This document shows, piece by piece, positions 1 through 11,694 of a DNA stretch of 64,000 nucleotides. The position numbers were made by a program, and so were the translations under genes. Within the stretch, counting starts at the first letter, position 1. Each line of letters begins with the position of its first letter. This DNA comes from Octopus vulgaris (lineage: Eukaryota). The stretch covers positions 125,798,001 through 125,862,000 of the forward strand of contig OX597816.1 in the NCBI GenBank assembly GCA_951406725.2, written 5' to 3'. Below the pieces are notes generated by a model. The model had not been told where the DNA came from, searched no databases, and saw nothing but the letters and a program-made list of their open reading frames with translations.

Positions 1-2331
1 TGCAAACGAAACAGGTAGCCATCTTTCGTTGTGTTTCTGCTCAAGTATCGCTCCGAGCCCATGCTTACTAGCATCTGTAGTTATTTTTATTGGTAGATCT
101 GGATTATAAAATTGTAGCACTGGTTTTCTGGTAATCATTTCTTTTAGCTTTTTTATTGCTTCGATTTGTGGTTTGTCGAATGACCATAACGTGTCACTCT
201 GTAGAAGCTGGCGTAATGGTGCTGTAACTTCGGAGCAATTAGATAAAAATTTACATAGGTAATTTGTCATACCTAGGAATCTTTGTAATTCTTTTTTACT
301 TGTTGGCAGTGGCATGTGAATGATTGCTTGCACTTTGGTTGGATCTTGTTTTATCCCTTCGCTGGTTAATAGATGCCCAAGGTACGTGATTTGTGATTCA
401 TAGAAGATACACTTTGATTTATTTAACTTTAATCCGTGCTTTCGGATTCGATCGAAAACTTGTTGTAGTCTATTTGTGTGTTCTTCTAAAGTGCTGGACC
501 AGATTATGATGTCATCCTGTGAATTTCTTGCTCCTTCTATGCCCTCTATTATTTTTGCAATTTCTTTTTGGAAAACTTCACTGGCGCTGTGAATTCCAAA
601 GGGTAGTCGTGTGAAGCGATACCTTCCAAAAGGTGTGTTGAACGTTAACAGATGGGAGCTTTCTTCGTCAACTGGAATTTGCCAGTATCCATTAGATGCA
701 TCGAGTTTCGAAAAATATTTAGGGTTATGCATTTGTGCAAAAATGTCCTCCGTTGTAGGGAGTTTGAAATGTTGCCTTTTTATGGCTTTGTTTAGATTCT
801 TGGGGTCTAAACAGAGTCGGAGTTTTCCGTTGGCTTTTTCAACGATGACTAGGGAATTTACCCAGTCTGTAGGTTCACTAAAAGGTTTTATGATACCTAA
901 TTCTGTCATTCTTTTTAATTCTTTGTTGAGTTTTTCTTTTATAGAAAAAGGAACCGATCTTGGTGGATGAATTACAGGAGTTATTTGTGGATCCACTGTG
1001 AAATGATGTGTTATTGACAAAGTGCCGATTTCTCCGAAACAGTCTTCATATTTTTCTATTATGTCGTTTGTGTTCGACGAGTTTATTTTTGAAATTCTCT
1101 GAATTAGGTTCAGATCTTTAGCTGTCTTTGCATCTATAACTGCGTGCGAGTTTGTTTTTGCAACAATGAATTTTATTTGTTTTGATAATTCTTTGTATTT
1201 AATGACTGCTGTGCATTTTCCTAGCACTTTTATAGCTGTGTTATTGTAAGCTGATAATCGAGTTGAGGTTTTTTGCAGTTGTGGTTTTGGAATTATATTT
1301 TTATATTCTCTGAATGGCAGTACGGTTACGTCTGCTCCAGTATCAATTTTGAATGTTACATTCGAATTGTTCACTTTTAGTTCAACCGTCCAAATGTATT
1401 TTGGAGTCTTGAATTTTTCGATTTTGTGCACGCGAGAATTATTTGCAGTGATCATTTCGAGTGCATGTGTATCGTCATCTGATTCTTCGTCGGTATGTAT
1501 CTCTACTTTATGTACAAATTTTCTTGATTTGCACATTTTTGCATAGTGTCCTTGTTTCTTGCATTTTTCACATGTCTTGTGAAATGCTGGGCATTTATTT
1601 CTTTTGTGATTATAACCACAATAGTGACAGTTAGTGACGTAGTGTTGACTTGGCGCTTGAAACTTCGCGGGCTTTCTGTCACTTCCACCTTGTTCGTTTT
1701 GATGTCTGGATTGCATATGGCGAGTTATTTGAGTTTTGGCGCCTTTTCTGTTGTGTTGACTATATACCCTCGAGATTTCGTTATCTCTTGTTTCGGATGT
1801 GGCATTTAGCATCCTTGATTGGAGTCGTGTTTGCTCTGCACTCTGACCTGCTTGAATTGTTTTTTGTAGGTCTAAATTTGGTTCTCTCAATAATCTTTCT
1901 CTTAATCTCATGTCTCTGATTCCACATATCAGAATATCTTTGGTGAGACTGTCTGTGAGGTTGCCGAATTCGCACTGTTGTGCCTTTTGGCGCAACTCTA
2001 CCACGTACTCATCGAATTTTTGATGTTCCGCTTGTCCACATGTGAAGAATTTGTGTTTCAGGAAAGTTATGTTTTTCCTGGGTTCACAATATGCATCGAA
2101 TTTTTCGATTACTGTTTGAAGGTTCATTTCTTCGTCGGGTGAATCGAAATCCAGAGTGGAATGGATGAAACCGATGCAAGTTAAAAACATTGAAGTTTTT
2201 ACTTTGTCTGGCTTCATGTCACTTTCTGTTGCTATCAAAAAGAGATTGAATTCTTTTTTCCACTTTTTCCATGCTGCGGCTAGATTTTCCTGATTAAAGT
2301 CTAGGTCTTTTGGATGCGGTAAATTTTCCAT
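1..2331 (-). CDS. Ty3/Gypsy gag-pol polyprotein (Gag, two CCHC knuckles, aspartic protease, RT, start of RNase H); runs off the left edge
   Basis: ATG at 2331 (MENLPHPKDLDFNQENLAAAWKKWKKEF...). Manual translation gives CHYCGYNHKRNKC and CEKCKKQGHYAKMC, protease FKIDTGADVTVL, RT ARNSQDDIIIW (DD at 511-516, same frame as the ATG) and RNase H TDASKHGLGAILEQ. The ORF track lists no ORF in this frame, consistent with no stop before the edge. Confidence 0.95.
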   Translation of the reverse strand, partial: MENLPHPKDLDFNQENLAAAWKKWKKEFNLFLIATESDMKPDKVKTSMFLTCIGFIHSTLDFDSPDEEMNLQTVIEKFDAYCEPRKNITFLKHKFFTCGQAEHQKFDEYVVELRQKAQQCEFGNLTDSLTKDILICGIRDMRLRERLLREPNLDLQKTIQAGQSAEQTRLQSRMLNATSETRDNEISRVYSQHNRKGAKTQITRHMQSRHQNEQGGSDRKPAKFQAPSQHYVTNCHYCGYNHKRNKCPAFHKTCEKCKKQGHYAKMCKSRKFVHKVEIHTDEESDDDTHALEMITANNSRVHKIEKFKTPKYIWTVELKVNNSNVTFKIDTGADVTVLPFREYKNIIPKPQLQKTSTRLSAYNNTAIKVLGKCTAVIKYKELSKQIKFIVAKTNSHAVIDAKTAKDLNLIQRISKINSSNTNDIIEKYEDCFGEIGTLSITHHFTVDPQITPVIHPPRSVPFSIKEKLNKELKRMTELGIIKPFSEPTDWVNSLVIVEKANGKLRLCLDPKNLNKAIKRQHFKLPTTEDIFAQMHNPKYFSKLDASNGYWQIPVDEESSHLLTFNTPFGRYRFTRLPFGIHSASEVFQKEIAKIIEGIEGARNSQDDIIIWSSTLEEHTNRLQQVFDRIRKHGLKLNKSKCIFYESQITYLGHLLTSEGIKQDPTKVQAIIHMPLPTSKKELQRFLGMTNYLCKFLSNCSEVTAPLRQLLQSDTLWSFDKPQIEAIKKLKEMITRKPVLQFYNPDLPIKITTDASKHGLGAILEQKHNERWLPVSFA

Positions 2332-2398
2332 TTCGTCTTTGAAGTATGATTTCAACTTCTTTTTTCTTTTGGTTTCTGTATTTTGGGTTCTTTTAGTA

Positions 2399-2409
2399 TT
2401 CTGACACCA
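2399..2409 (-). promoter_or_regulatory. Primer-binding site, complementary to a tRNA-Leu-type 3' end
   Basis: TGGTGTCAGAA immediately after the LTR-terminal CA; complementary to ...UUCUGACACCA. Confidence 0.75.
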
Positions 2410-2569
2410 TGTTGTTGTTATATATATATATAATGTATTGAGTATAAAAGGAAGTAGTGAGTACTTAGTATGAAAGATTAAGAAAATGAGAGAGACTGAA
2501 AAAACGTGTTAACGATACGAGATACTTTATTAGACTGCCGTTGTTGTACAAAGTATTTGTTGTGGCGGG

Positions 2570-3400
2570 AAACTAACTGAATGTCCTTGTATCAAGGGAG
2601 ACAATGGGCAACGTTGATTGTTCATGTTTGTTGTGATGATTACATAACACTTTGAAGGGCTTTCGGCAAATTTCAAGCAGCTCATCATTCATGCATACTT
2701 TCCATACTTCTGCTGATATATTATCCAAACCTGTTACTTTGTTGCTTTGTGTCGATTTGATAGTATCTTTCAATTCCTGCACTGTAAAATCACTAAAATC
2801 AATAGGTGTTGGATCATACACCTTATCAATATTTCCTTCAACTCTCAAAGGAGGTTGTCCAAGTAACTTAGTAAACTGCTATTTCCACAACTCTTCTCTT
2901 TCTTCGGGGCTTTTAACTTTTATCTTACCTTGGTTTGGTTTTCTTTCTTCCAGTTATTTCATTGATAACATTCCATACAATCTAAGCAAGCTTAACTTTT
3001 AGATTCAAGTGAACATTATGCAGTAGTTCTACTTTCTCCTTAATGTAGTTTCTTTGTTCTTTGATAGAAGAATCATCCAAATTCCTTTTGCTTCAGCAAC
3101 AAGCAGTTTATTTCTTTCAGTCGGATGTAGCATATGTTTATAATGAGCACTTTTTAATTCTTTCCTTTTCCTTGTTACTTCTTGGTTTTCTCATGGGATC
3201 TTCTTTACTTTGTGCCGTTTCAAAGGTATATGGAGTTATGCAGCCTTTTTGCGTGCTTCAATTATGTTCTCATACATTATGTTAGCAGAGTTGTCTTGAG
3301 TTTGGTCTTGAAGAGCATGGGATTTCTTACTAATTTCAACTGTGTAATTTTCTCTGTTCTCATTCGTGTTTAGCTCAGATATCAACAATCAAAATACCAG
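2570..3400 (-). mobile_element. Decayed LINE ORF2 fragment (region upstream of RT)
   Basis: FTVQELKDTIKSTQSNKVTGLDNISAEVWK resembles the conserved 'K(A)PG.D.I..E..K' pre-RT motif; frame is disrupted; boundaries approximate. Confidence 0.7.
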
Positions 3401-4398
3401 ACAATAGAAAGTTGTCGGTAAAATATTTGTTTGAAAAGATCGTATAAATACAGAGGTTTATGATGGAATAAGTTTGGTATTCAATTGAAGCAACATTATG
3501 GTCTAGAGATAATGATATTATCTCCTTGTGCTTCATTCTTTCTTAATTGGATCTTTGCTATTTGTGTTCCATCTATATGTAAGAATACTTATTAAAAGTT
3601 TTGCGTAGATCAATCACTTTTTAAAAAATGGCATTACCGTCTTCAGTGATTGTAATCAATTAAATGCATTCAATTGATTCTTCTTTAGAAGTGACGCAAA
3701 TGATTTCTTTTCCATCCGGGAAATCTCACATAACGATGTTTATATCGCTTGAAACCACCAAAGATCGAGAATCTAATCCATTTATATAATTTGTGAGTGC
3801 AAATTTACCTTTTAAATAAGCTCACCATATTTATTTTGCTTTGATTGAAATTCTTGTTCAATATTATTCTTAAATCAATCAAAGAACTGATAAAATGAAA
3901 TATAATCGAAGTGTTTACACGTGTTTATGACTTTAATATCATCATTTTTCTAATTATTATTTTTTAAAGAATATTTTTATCCAAGCGTATGTTCTTTTTT
4001 TCCCTTCTGTAACATTATCTAATGTGTTAACATGTGAACATTATTATTACTATCTAGGACTGGATCTTTGGATTTGCTTATATTATGTGTATAATAAATA
4101 CTAGCCATTCCATTCACAATTAAAAGTACCATTAAAAGGAACATTTCTGGTTTTATTGTTAGTTTTTAATTCTCGGTGAGCAGTTAAACATTTACACGGT
4201 GTATATAATAAGCAAACAGGTATCTGTATCAAAACCACCCGACAAAAGAAGTGGAAAATAAGTAATCAACTTACAGTTAATCTGAGTTTCAAGATCGCAA
4301 ATAAAAAAACAATGGAGAATGTTCGCATGAGATCAGATTGTCCTGAATGATCATAAAAATGCTGCGTAGCTGAGGACTGTTAATATTAAAATAACACC

Positions 4399-4588
4399 GC
4401 TAAGGTGGCGAGCTGGCAGAATCGTTAGCGGGCAATATGTTTTGAGTTCAATTTCCGCCGAGGTCGACTTTGCTTTTATCCTTTCGGGTCTATAAGATAA
4501 ATACCAGTTGAACACAGGGGTCCATGTAATCGATTTATCATCTCCTCCGAAATTGCAGGCCTTGTGCCAAAATTTGAAATCGATATTA
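4399..4588 (+). mobile_element. SINE, family A
   Basis: ggcgagctggcagaatcgttagc...gagttcaatttccgccgaggtcgactttgc...atcctttcggg...taccagttg...atcgatt; the same sequence recurs several times in the window. Confidence 0.8.
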
Positions 4589-5189
4589 AAAAACGAGCCA
4601 TAGTATAAATTTTTTATATGAACAGTCTGAAATTTAAGTTTGAGCTACTGATATCTGAGTTTGAACCTTACAAGAAGTTAACTATTTGTATGGGTTGGTG
4701 CCAAGTGGCGTTCATCTAGTTTTATGAATTTGAAACTTTGTTTCCCAAATAAAAGACAATAAATAATTTACGGACGTGTTATGCAAATAGTTTCACATGG
4801 AACAGTGTTGAAAGTAAACCCACTGCAGCACGGAAGACGCATGTTAGCCATTCAGAAACATACGAAGACTTAACGTCACTTAAACAGGTAGTTTCGAACG
4901 ACAAAGAATTTGATTCCCTATTACAAACAATAAATGTTCAAGTGAAGATAACAATCTTTGCATGTTTCTAATAAGTAATTTATTATTCATACATTACCGG
5001 AGTTATGATAGATCACCTTGAGTATTTAAACGCTTCCTGAAAAGAAACTAACGTTACTTATTAGATATATAACGGTCAGGATGTTATGGTTGTGATTGGT
5101 ATGAATCTTTGTAAGTTGAGAAGCCTGCACGTTGGTTAATTCATAATCCATGGAATAAATGATAGGAGAAATAGATCAAATTTAACATA

Positions 5190-5490
5190 ACTTTTATTCA
5201 ACCGTCACCAATTTTATTCACAACTTCAAGCTGGAAGTAGATTACAAATCTTAGTTTGTAAATAGAAACTTTGCCTAGAATGCTTAGGTAATGTGAGAAA
5301 GGAGGCTGTAGTAATAAGGTTGGTGCGGTGCTGTTGATGACAAGAGGAAAGAAGGAGCAAGCGAGATGCTACTTTGAGACCGCCAAATAAAAGATAGGAT
5401 ATGATGATACACGCTGCTTCTGACTTAGCTGGGGAAGAGGGAGAACATGTTACCACAACGACAGATGGCAAGTAAAAGAGGGAAGAATTC
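5190..5490 (-). mobile_element. LINE (CR1/L2-like) 3' end remnant
   Basis: HSRQSFYLQTKICNLLP resembles the C-terminal 'SFF.RT...WN.LP' motif, followed by AATAAA-rich tail on the minus strand. Confidence 0.55.
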
Positions 5491-7009
5491 TATTTAGTAT
5501 TTATAACAATTCCATAACAAACCGAATCAAAGTAACAATGGATACTTCGTGAGTTATCTAGGTTAAAATGAACTTGCCGGAAGATGGTGAACAAGTTGAC
5601 ATAAATTTCCGAGTGCAAAACCTGAAAACAACGCGAAGAAATTTGTAATAACATTCAGACTGAATTCTCTCTTCATGGTTGAGGATCCATGGTCTAAACG
5701 TCTCAGATTACTTATATGATATAGATATAGATTTACGAGTGATGTGATAGTGATCTATTTAGTAGTTTGGGTACGATTGAAGATTTTAACTTGAAGTTTA
5801 CAGGTTAGTCACATTGGTAAAACCTCTCTCTTTCCCAATCATAAACGCAGAAATCTAACACAGCTTTACAAGATACAAATTTCTTTCGACTTAGTTCTGG
5901 TCTGCGGTACATGTTAATGTCAAAATTAAGTAGATAATTTACTCAGTCCCCAATCGGTTCAGTCATCTGCACTCTTGTACACACCTGCAAGCACATACAC
6001 ACCCACGCACGCATACACACAAGCACGCACGCACACACACAAACACATGAATACACGCACACATATCTATTTATATAATTTATATACATACATACGTATA
6101 TACATGTTTGTCTTTTTATGTTCATTTATAATACAAACAATTTTACATTAATCTGATGGTTTACTCTGTACATTTGTTGAGTACAAATTTATTATTTTTA
6201 AGCAAGAATACTATTGACTGTCACTTTGAATATTCGGCCAGTTAAACCATCGTCTGATGATATTAAACATTTATGTATACACATACTCACATACATAGAT
6301 TATAGAAGATGAAAGCCAATCATTATTTAAAACAAAACAAAAATAAAACGAATTACAGAAAATCTAATTGTCTATTTCAAATGGTAGATATAGTTGTGTA
6401 CATGTGTGTGTGAGAGAGAGAGGGAGGGAGAGAGAGAGAGAGAGAGAGAGAGGAGGAGAGAGAAAGCTTCTGAATAACAGCAAATTGTATACTACAATGA
6501 AATCGCTATCCAGTGAATTTTCTGATATTGTATTATTTTTCGTGAATCAAAGCTATATTCATATATACGTGCACACTCTCACATATTCACGTGTTACTGC
6601 GTATAAATGAAAGAGGCAATTTGTACTAAATACATGATGTGGAGCTTATTTCTTTAAACCGAGGTTCTTGTCACTACAGGAGTTCCTCTCTACAAGTTCC
6701 TCTCTTAAAATATCACAGTAGTGGGCCATCTCTCAGTTTAATTAAACGCATGATAATCAAACTCTACACTATATACAGTAGTAACTGGGAACTTTTTGAT
6801 ATTGTTACAGTACCAGTATTAAGTACTATTTTCATATAGCTACATAGTTATATGGTTGTACTCGAGATAGAAGAGATAGCACAATATTAAAATGATCATT
6901 ATTATTCATTTATCCATGCACCAGTGATATTAAATTGAGCCGACCTACATTTTGGTTTCATTAACGAGTGATTAGTCGTATTATATGAGAAACAGAACAG
7001 TCGGTTATA

Positions 7010-7165
7010 CTTATTTCTCAGTTCTCAGCTGGCTTGGTTAATTTATTTCATCGACAACGAGAAGATGAAAGACAAAATCGACACTGGCGGGATTAGAACT
7101 TCAAAACAACGACCGTAACTATATGTCACACAACAATTTTCCCAGCGCTCTAGATTCTGCCATTC
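7010..7165 (-). mobile_element. Degenerate SINE family A copy
   Basis: tttcatcgac..gaagatgaaagacaaaatcgacactggcgggatt...attctgcca is a diverged reverse copy. Confidence 0.5.
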
Positions 7166-8559
7166 TAGAGTTCTGTTATGAAACTAGAAAATCGTAAAAT
7201 TTCGTTTCCTAATCTGCAATAATATAAGTAGTTGCTTTGCAGAAGAAATTGCAGCATCACTTAGTTATTCTAAAACAAGTGGAATCAAAGATAAAAAGTA
7301 CCAGACGTTTAATATGGTAATGTTTTGGTTTACTTTCTCACTCTTCTTTACGTGTTGTCACTAAATACAATCTCACACAGACTAACTTATTGATCGTGGC
7401 ATACTGCTTTATCTTCATGGGAGCCAATGACAATGACGCTGCAGAAAATGAATGTATCTTCAGAGGTCGTCAGAATATAAAATAGCTTTAAACGTTAATA
7501 AATATTTCCTCTTAATAGTAATACGTAACGATTATTGTCTGGAAATGTTACGTAGGATTCTGAGTAGATCTTTTTAAGAAGCAAAAATTGATCAAGAAAA
7601 ATATTAGACATTATAAATGAATTATATAAATGACCATGACAATCGTATAAAACTTTTACAAGCTGATCTGAAACGTAATTTATTCTTCATTTACAAAACA
7701 GAAAGGTTTTGCGAGAGAAGAAATGCAGTGCTGTGATATTCATGAGTTTCCAAATAACATAAGCAGAAGCTGAATATTTGACTTGAAAAATATTATGCCC
7801 CATACTGAAACTATCACTAAAGAACGTTATCGACAAAACTCAACATTTATTTACGAAAATCCATTAACAATATTTCACATTTAGGAAAATCCATTATGAC
7901 AAATTCTTTCAAATGTTTTATTTTTCTATGCTACAAAATTTAAGTATATTAGACTCTATAATTGGAAGTGCTTCCATGTAAATAGTAATTGTATTTCTGC
8001 GTGATGCAACATGAATTAATGCGGAAATTTAGAGTACCAGATAAACATGACTGAAATCAAATGCACTTCATTGAACCATTGTTATAACGATATTGCACCT
8101 AATTAAAAGGAACCTTGTTAATGGCTTTTGCTGATATTTAAAATACGCATATAATAGACTCATCTTAAATATAACTTATATATATATATATATTCAGTTA
8201 TTTAAGCGATTATTCTTAAATACAAAACTCTAAGTAGGTGAAGCAAATATAAAAGCCAAAATTATTCCAATCAGCTTTGTTCATTCATTATCGTCCTATA
8301 CTTCATGCCGAATTTATAAAATACTGTACAATTCGGACACCTCTGTCAATAGTCATACAGAATATAAAGGTAAACAAGATACATTAGTCTTGTTATCTAG
8401 TTGACTCAAGAAATGCATTAAGTAGTTTACATCAAAATGTAACTGACTATAGTGTGGGGAACATTGGGAATTCAGAGTCCATAGTCTCTCACAATTCAAT
8501 GTTGTAGATGACTTTTGTCCTTGACATTATTTTTTAACATGAAATAAAAGCAGAAAGCA

Positions 8560-8891
8560 TGTAACGACCCTGCGGCGCAAGTTGACCAAAATTGAGAGTA
8601 TGATAGAAGAAGGCTTGCTCTTCATTCCGTAGAAGAAAAATTTCAAATCGGATCATGTAAAGATTAAAAAAATATTAACATCAAGGTGCTTTTTTCTATG
8701 ACCCCCTCCCACTTTTTTTACGATTCTTTTGACTACTGTGTCGCTATTTTTCGGTTGCATTTCAAACAGAAAAATGTTCACTTAAAGAGAATAACAAGCT
8801 ACATAATGCAAAATATTTACTTTTCAAAAATTCCAATTCTAAAGGGTCGAAAAGAAAACAAACTCGAGCAACGCCGGGCTATACTGCTAGT
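8560..8891 (+). mobile_element. Helitron-like 3' terminus
   Basis: ctcgagcaacgccggg hairpin-like motif followed by CTAG|T at 8887-8891; 5' extent uncertain. Confidence 0.55.
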
Positions 8892-10039
8892 TTGAGAATA
8901 AAAATTAAGAGACAGCGGGTATTAGCTTTCAGAAATTAAGAGTTCAATCTATACACATTTATACACAATAATCAAAATATACGGAGCATAATGAAGTATG
9001 CACCAGCTAATATTGACAAATCAATTTAGAATTATGGGATATTGATAACACTTTTTCGTTAAAAGCATCTCATATATATCCAATATCAAACAATAAAAGA
9101 TGGTGTCATTTGTGTACGCGGATTACTTCAGCGCGTTATAGTTATCTTTTCGATTTTGAGAATGAGGAAATAAGAAAATGACAATATTCTCAAACAGAAA
9201 CTTTGTCATTTATCTAGCGTTTCATTTTTCTCTCAACTAAACAATACTCTATTATAGAATTCATCTACAGAACTCTTTCGATGCTACAAAACGTTTTAAA
9301 CGCTAAATTACTTTCATCTCATGCTGCAGCATGGCCAACGCAACAATCGACTGCACTAACTAAACAACCGAATGACTAACCAACAATGAAACATGTCTAA
9401 AAGCTATAGAACAAAGGTTTCCTGTTCTCTTGAATGGCTTCTTATTTCTACAAATTTCAATTATAGGATTCTCAATTACATCACATTCATAATGGAGCTT
9501 CAGTATTACTTTTCTTTAACAGCTATATTTCGTGATCTTCACATACAGCTTTCGTAAAAGTAGCAAATTTCAAATGAAACTGTCTTAATTGATTTATATA
9601 CATTTTTTTAATGGCATAGTCAAAGGGGGAATAGCAACGACCATTATCTTTTGATGGCCTCCGAGACTAGTGAAAGGAACCGAATGCTTTTGATTCTTAA
9701 ACGTTGTCTTCGATTGTCTCATTTCAGTTTCCAGCGATTTAAATCAGAATCCTATACGCATTCTTTATTGCATATTTAAAGCTTTAAAAAAAATTCCCAT
9801 TTTCAAGTGACATAATATCATTATACTGCCGAATACAATTCAATATACAGGTAAATACAAAAACAGCTAATTTTAGACAACGAAATGTATGGTTTCGGTG
9901 TTCCAAGCTCTGTTCACTAACACACTTTGTATATTCTGATATTCACAAGTAGCTTAATTTGTTGTTAGCCAGTGTCACAATCATGGGATTTGTAAGGGAC
10001 TACATATTCTAGGCAGGAGCTATGCCCTAATACATATCA

Positions 10040-10342
10040 ATTCCATTTAGACTCAGAAGTGAAAAGCAGAAAGGAATGCAGCTAAGCATTTTGTCCGACG
10101 TGCTAACGATTCTGACCGCTCGCTGCCTTACACACAACAGTAATAATCCTTTCTACTAACAGGTACAAAGCCTTGAATTTTTTACGAGGGAACTAGTCGA
10201 TTACATCAACCCAATGCTAAACTGGTACTTATTTCACAAATCCTGAAAGGATGAAAAGCAGAGTCGACCTCGATGGCATTCGAAATCCGAACGTAAAGTT
10301 GAAAGAAATGCCGCTAAGTTTCCGGCACTATAACGATTCTTA
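10040..10342 (-). mobile_element. SINE family A: one partial plus one near-complete copy
   Basis: gctaacgattctg..gctcgctgcctta and ctagtcgattacatc...ctggtacttattt...gaaaggatgaaaagcagagtcgacctcg. Confidence 0.75.
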
Positions 10343-10639
10343 ACAATAAAAATACTACCTAAATAGAAGCTAGTCACCAATACTAACGGTGTAACATGTA
10401 TTATCTACAGAATGGACAGCAGCTGAAGGGTATCTTTTTTTTTTTCCAGGTAAACTGATATTCGCATATCCTTTACATCGAGTGTGATCATAAATATATT
10501 TTATTTAAAACACAATCATTTTTGTTAAGATAAACTATTGTTTCCATTTTTGGATAATAAATCTGGTTATCTTCAGTCAACCAAGTTGTCTTTGTAAGCC
10601 TGTTATATATTGGAATGGTGTGTGAACAGCATAGCAGAT

Positions 10640-10660
10640 AGATATATAAATATATATGTA

Positions 10661-10697
<37 letters not shown>

Positions 10698-10748
10698 GTA
10701 TGTATACATACATATATATATATATACATACATAACATACATATATAT

Positions 10749-10784
<36 letters not shown>

Positions 10785-10808
10785 ATACACACACACACAC
10801 ACATATAT
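10640..10808. repeat. Compound (TG)n/(TA)n/(CA)n microsatellite
   Basis: Directly visible. Confidence 0.95.
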
Positions 10809-11553
10809 TTCGTCCCTTCCTGTATTTCTCGTTCATTATATATAAAAACATTCATTCTTATATCATTGCGGCGTTACGTGCACCCCCCCGTTTGTTTGTC
10901 CAATTTTAAACCCTGCACGACTTCTATACACACTGTCTTTTACTACCCGCCATTGCTTCTTCACCAAACTTTTTGGCGCCCTCCGATTCTTCCCCTCTCT
11001 TCCTCCCATCCTCCTTAATCCCTTCTTTCTCCTCTCTTGGTCACTGATTCTGTCCCCTGCCTTCCACCCTCTTTGATTCCCTCTCTCTCTGTCTCTCTTT
11101 CTCTCTCTCCTGCGACCTGCTGCTTCTTCAACCATTCTGTTGGCCTTCGTATCTCGACCAACATGTGTCCCCGCTACCGAAACGGTAATTATTTCTACGC
11201 CAGCTGCTATGTTGTTGTTTTGTCTCATTTGGTCTAAAGTCGTATGACAACCACCGTTATATATGTTTTGTTTTTTCATTACTGTTTTCAATTTCGTTTT
11301 CGTCTCTTGTATTCACATCCGTCTTGTGCGTTCACATTCCTGTCTTCTACCAAGAAATCTAATGCTTACAGCTTAGTTTTTTTTCTTGGGGCTGGCCGAG
11401 TTGGAGCAAATATCAGAATTGAACAGCCGAAATTTGCTATGATGATTCGGTGTCTGACTGAAGATTGAAGGCTTCGAATGATTTGTCTGTGTTCCGTGTT
11501 CGTCCCTTCCTGTATTTCTCGTTCATTATATATAAAAACATTCATTCTTATAT
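10809..11553. mobile_element. Non-autonomous unit bounded by 55-bp perfect direct repeats (PLE pseudo-LTR-like)
   Basis: ttcgtcccttcctgtatttctcgttcattatatataaaaacattcattcttatat at 10809-10863 and 11499-11553 (period 690); microsatellites on both sides. Confidence 0.65.
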
Positions 11554-11694
11554 ATATATATATATATATATACAAAAAGCAATAAAGATTCAAGTTAATT
11601 TAAATGAATTTACTTGAATATGGTACCTAACTTAGATGCACCAAAAAAAAAAACTATACTGATTTAACAATACAGTAATGTGGGGTGATTATAA

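Larger units (their letters stand above)
1..2550 (-). mobile_element. Ty3/Gypsy (Mag/K02A2.6-like) LTR retrotransposon, 5' portion
   Basis: Single gag-pol ORF preceded by a PBS and an LTR 3' end (...CAACA|TGGTGTCAGAA on the minus strand). AATAAA near 2526-2531 on the minus strand. The outer LTR boundary is uncertain (TGTACAAC.. at about 2550). Confidence 0.88.

Noticed and set aside
611-1975. Short ORFs overlapping the Gypsy element
   Set aside because: Antisense or off-frame shadows of gag-pol.
10488-11018. Cys/Val/Tyr/Ile/His/Thr-repeat ORFs (also at 13.2-14.0, 20.3, 36.7, 38.5, 55.9, 58.5, 61.3 and 63.2 kb)
   Set aside because: Translations of (TA)n/(CA)n microsatellites.
10863-11291. 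142-aa Arg/Glu-rich ORF
   Set aside because: Arises from the purine-rich strand of a low-complexity repeat unit; no domain features.
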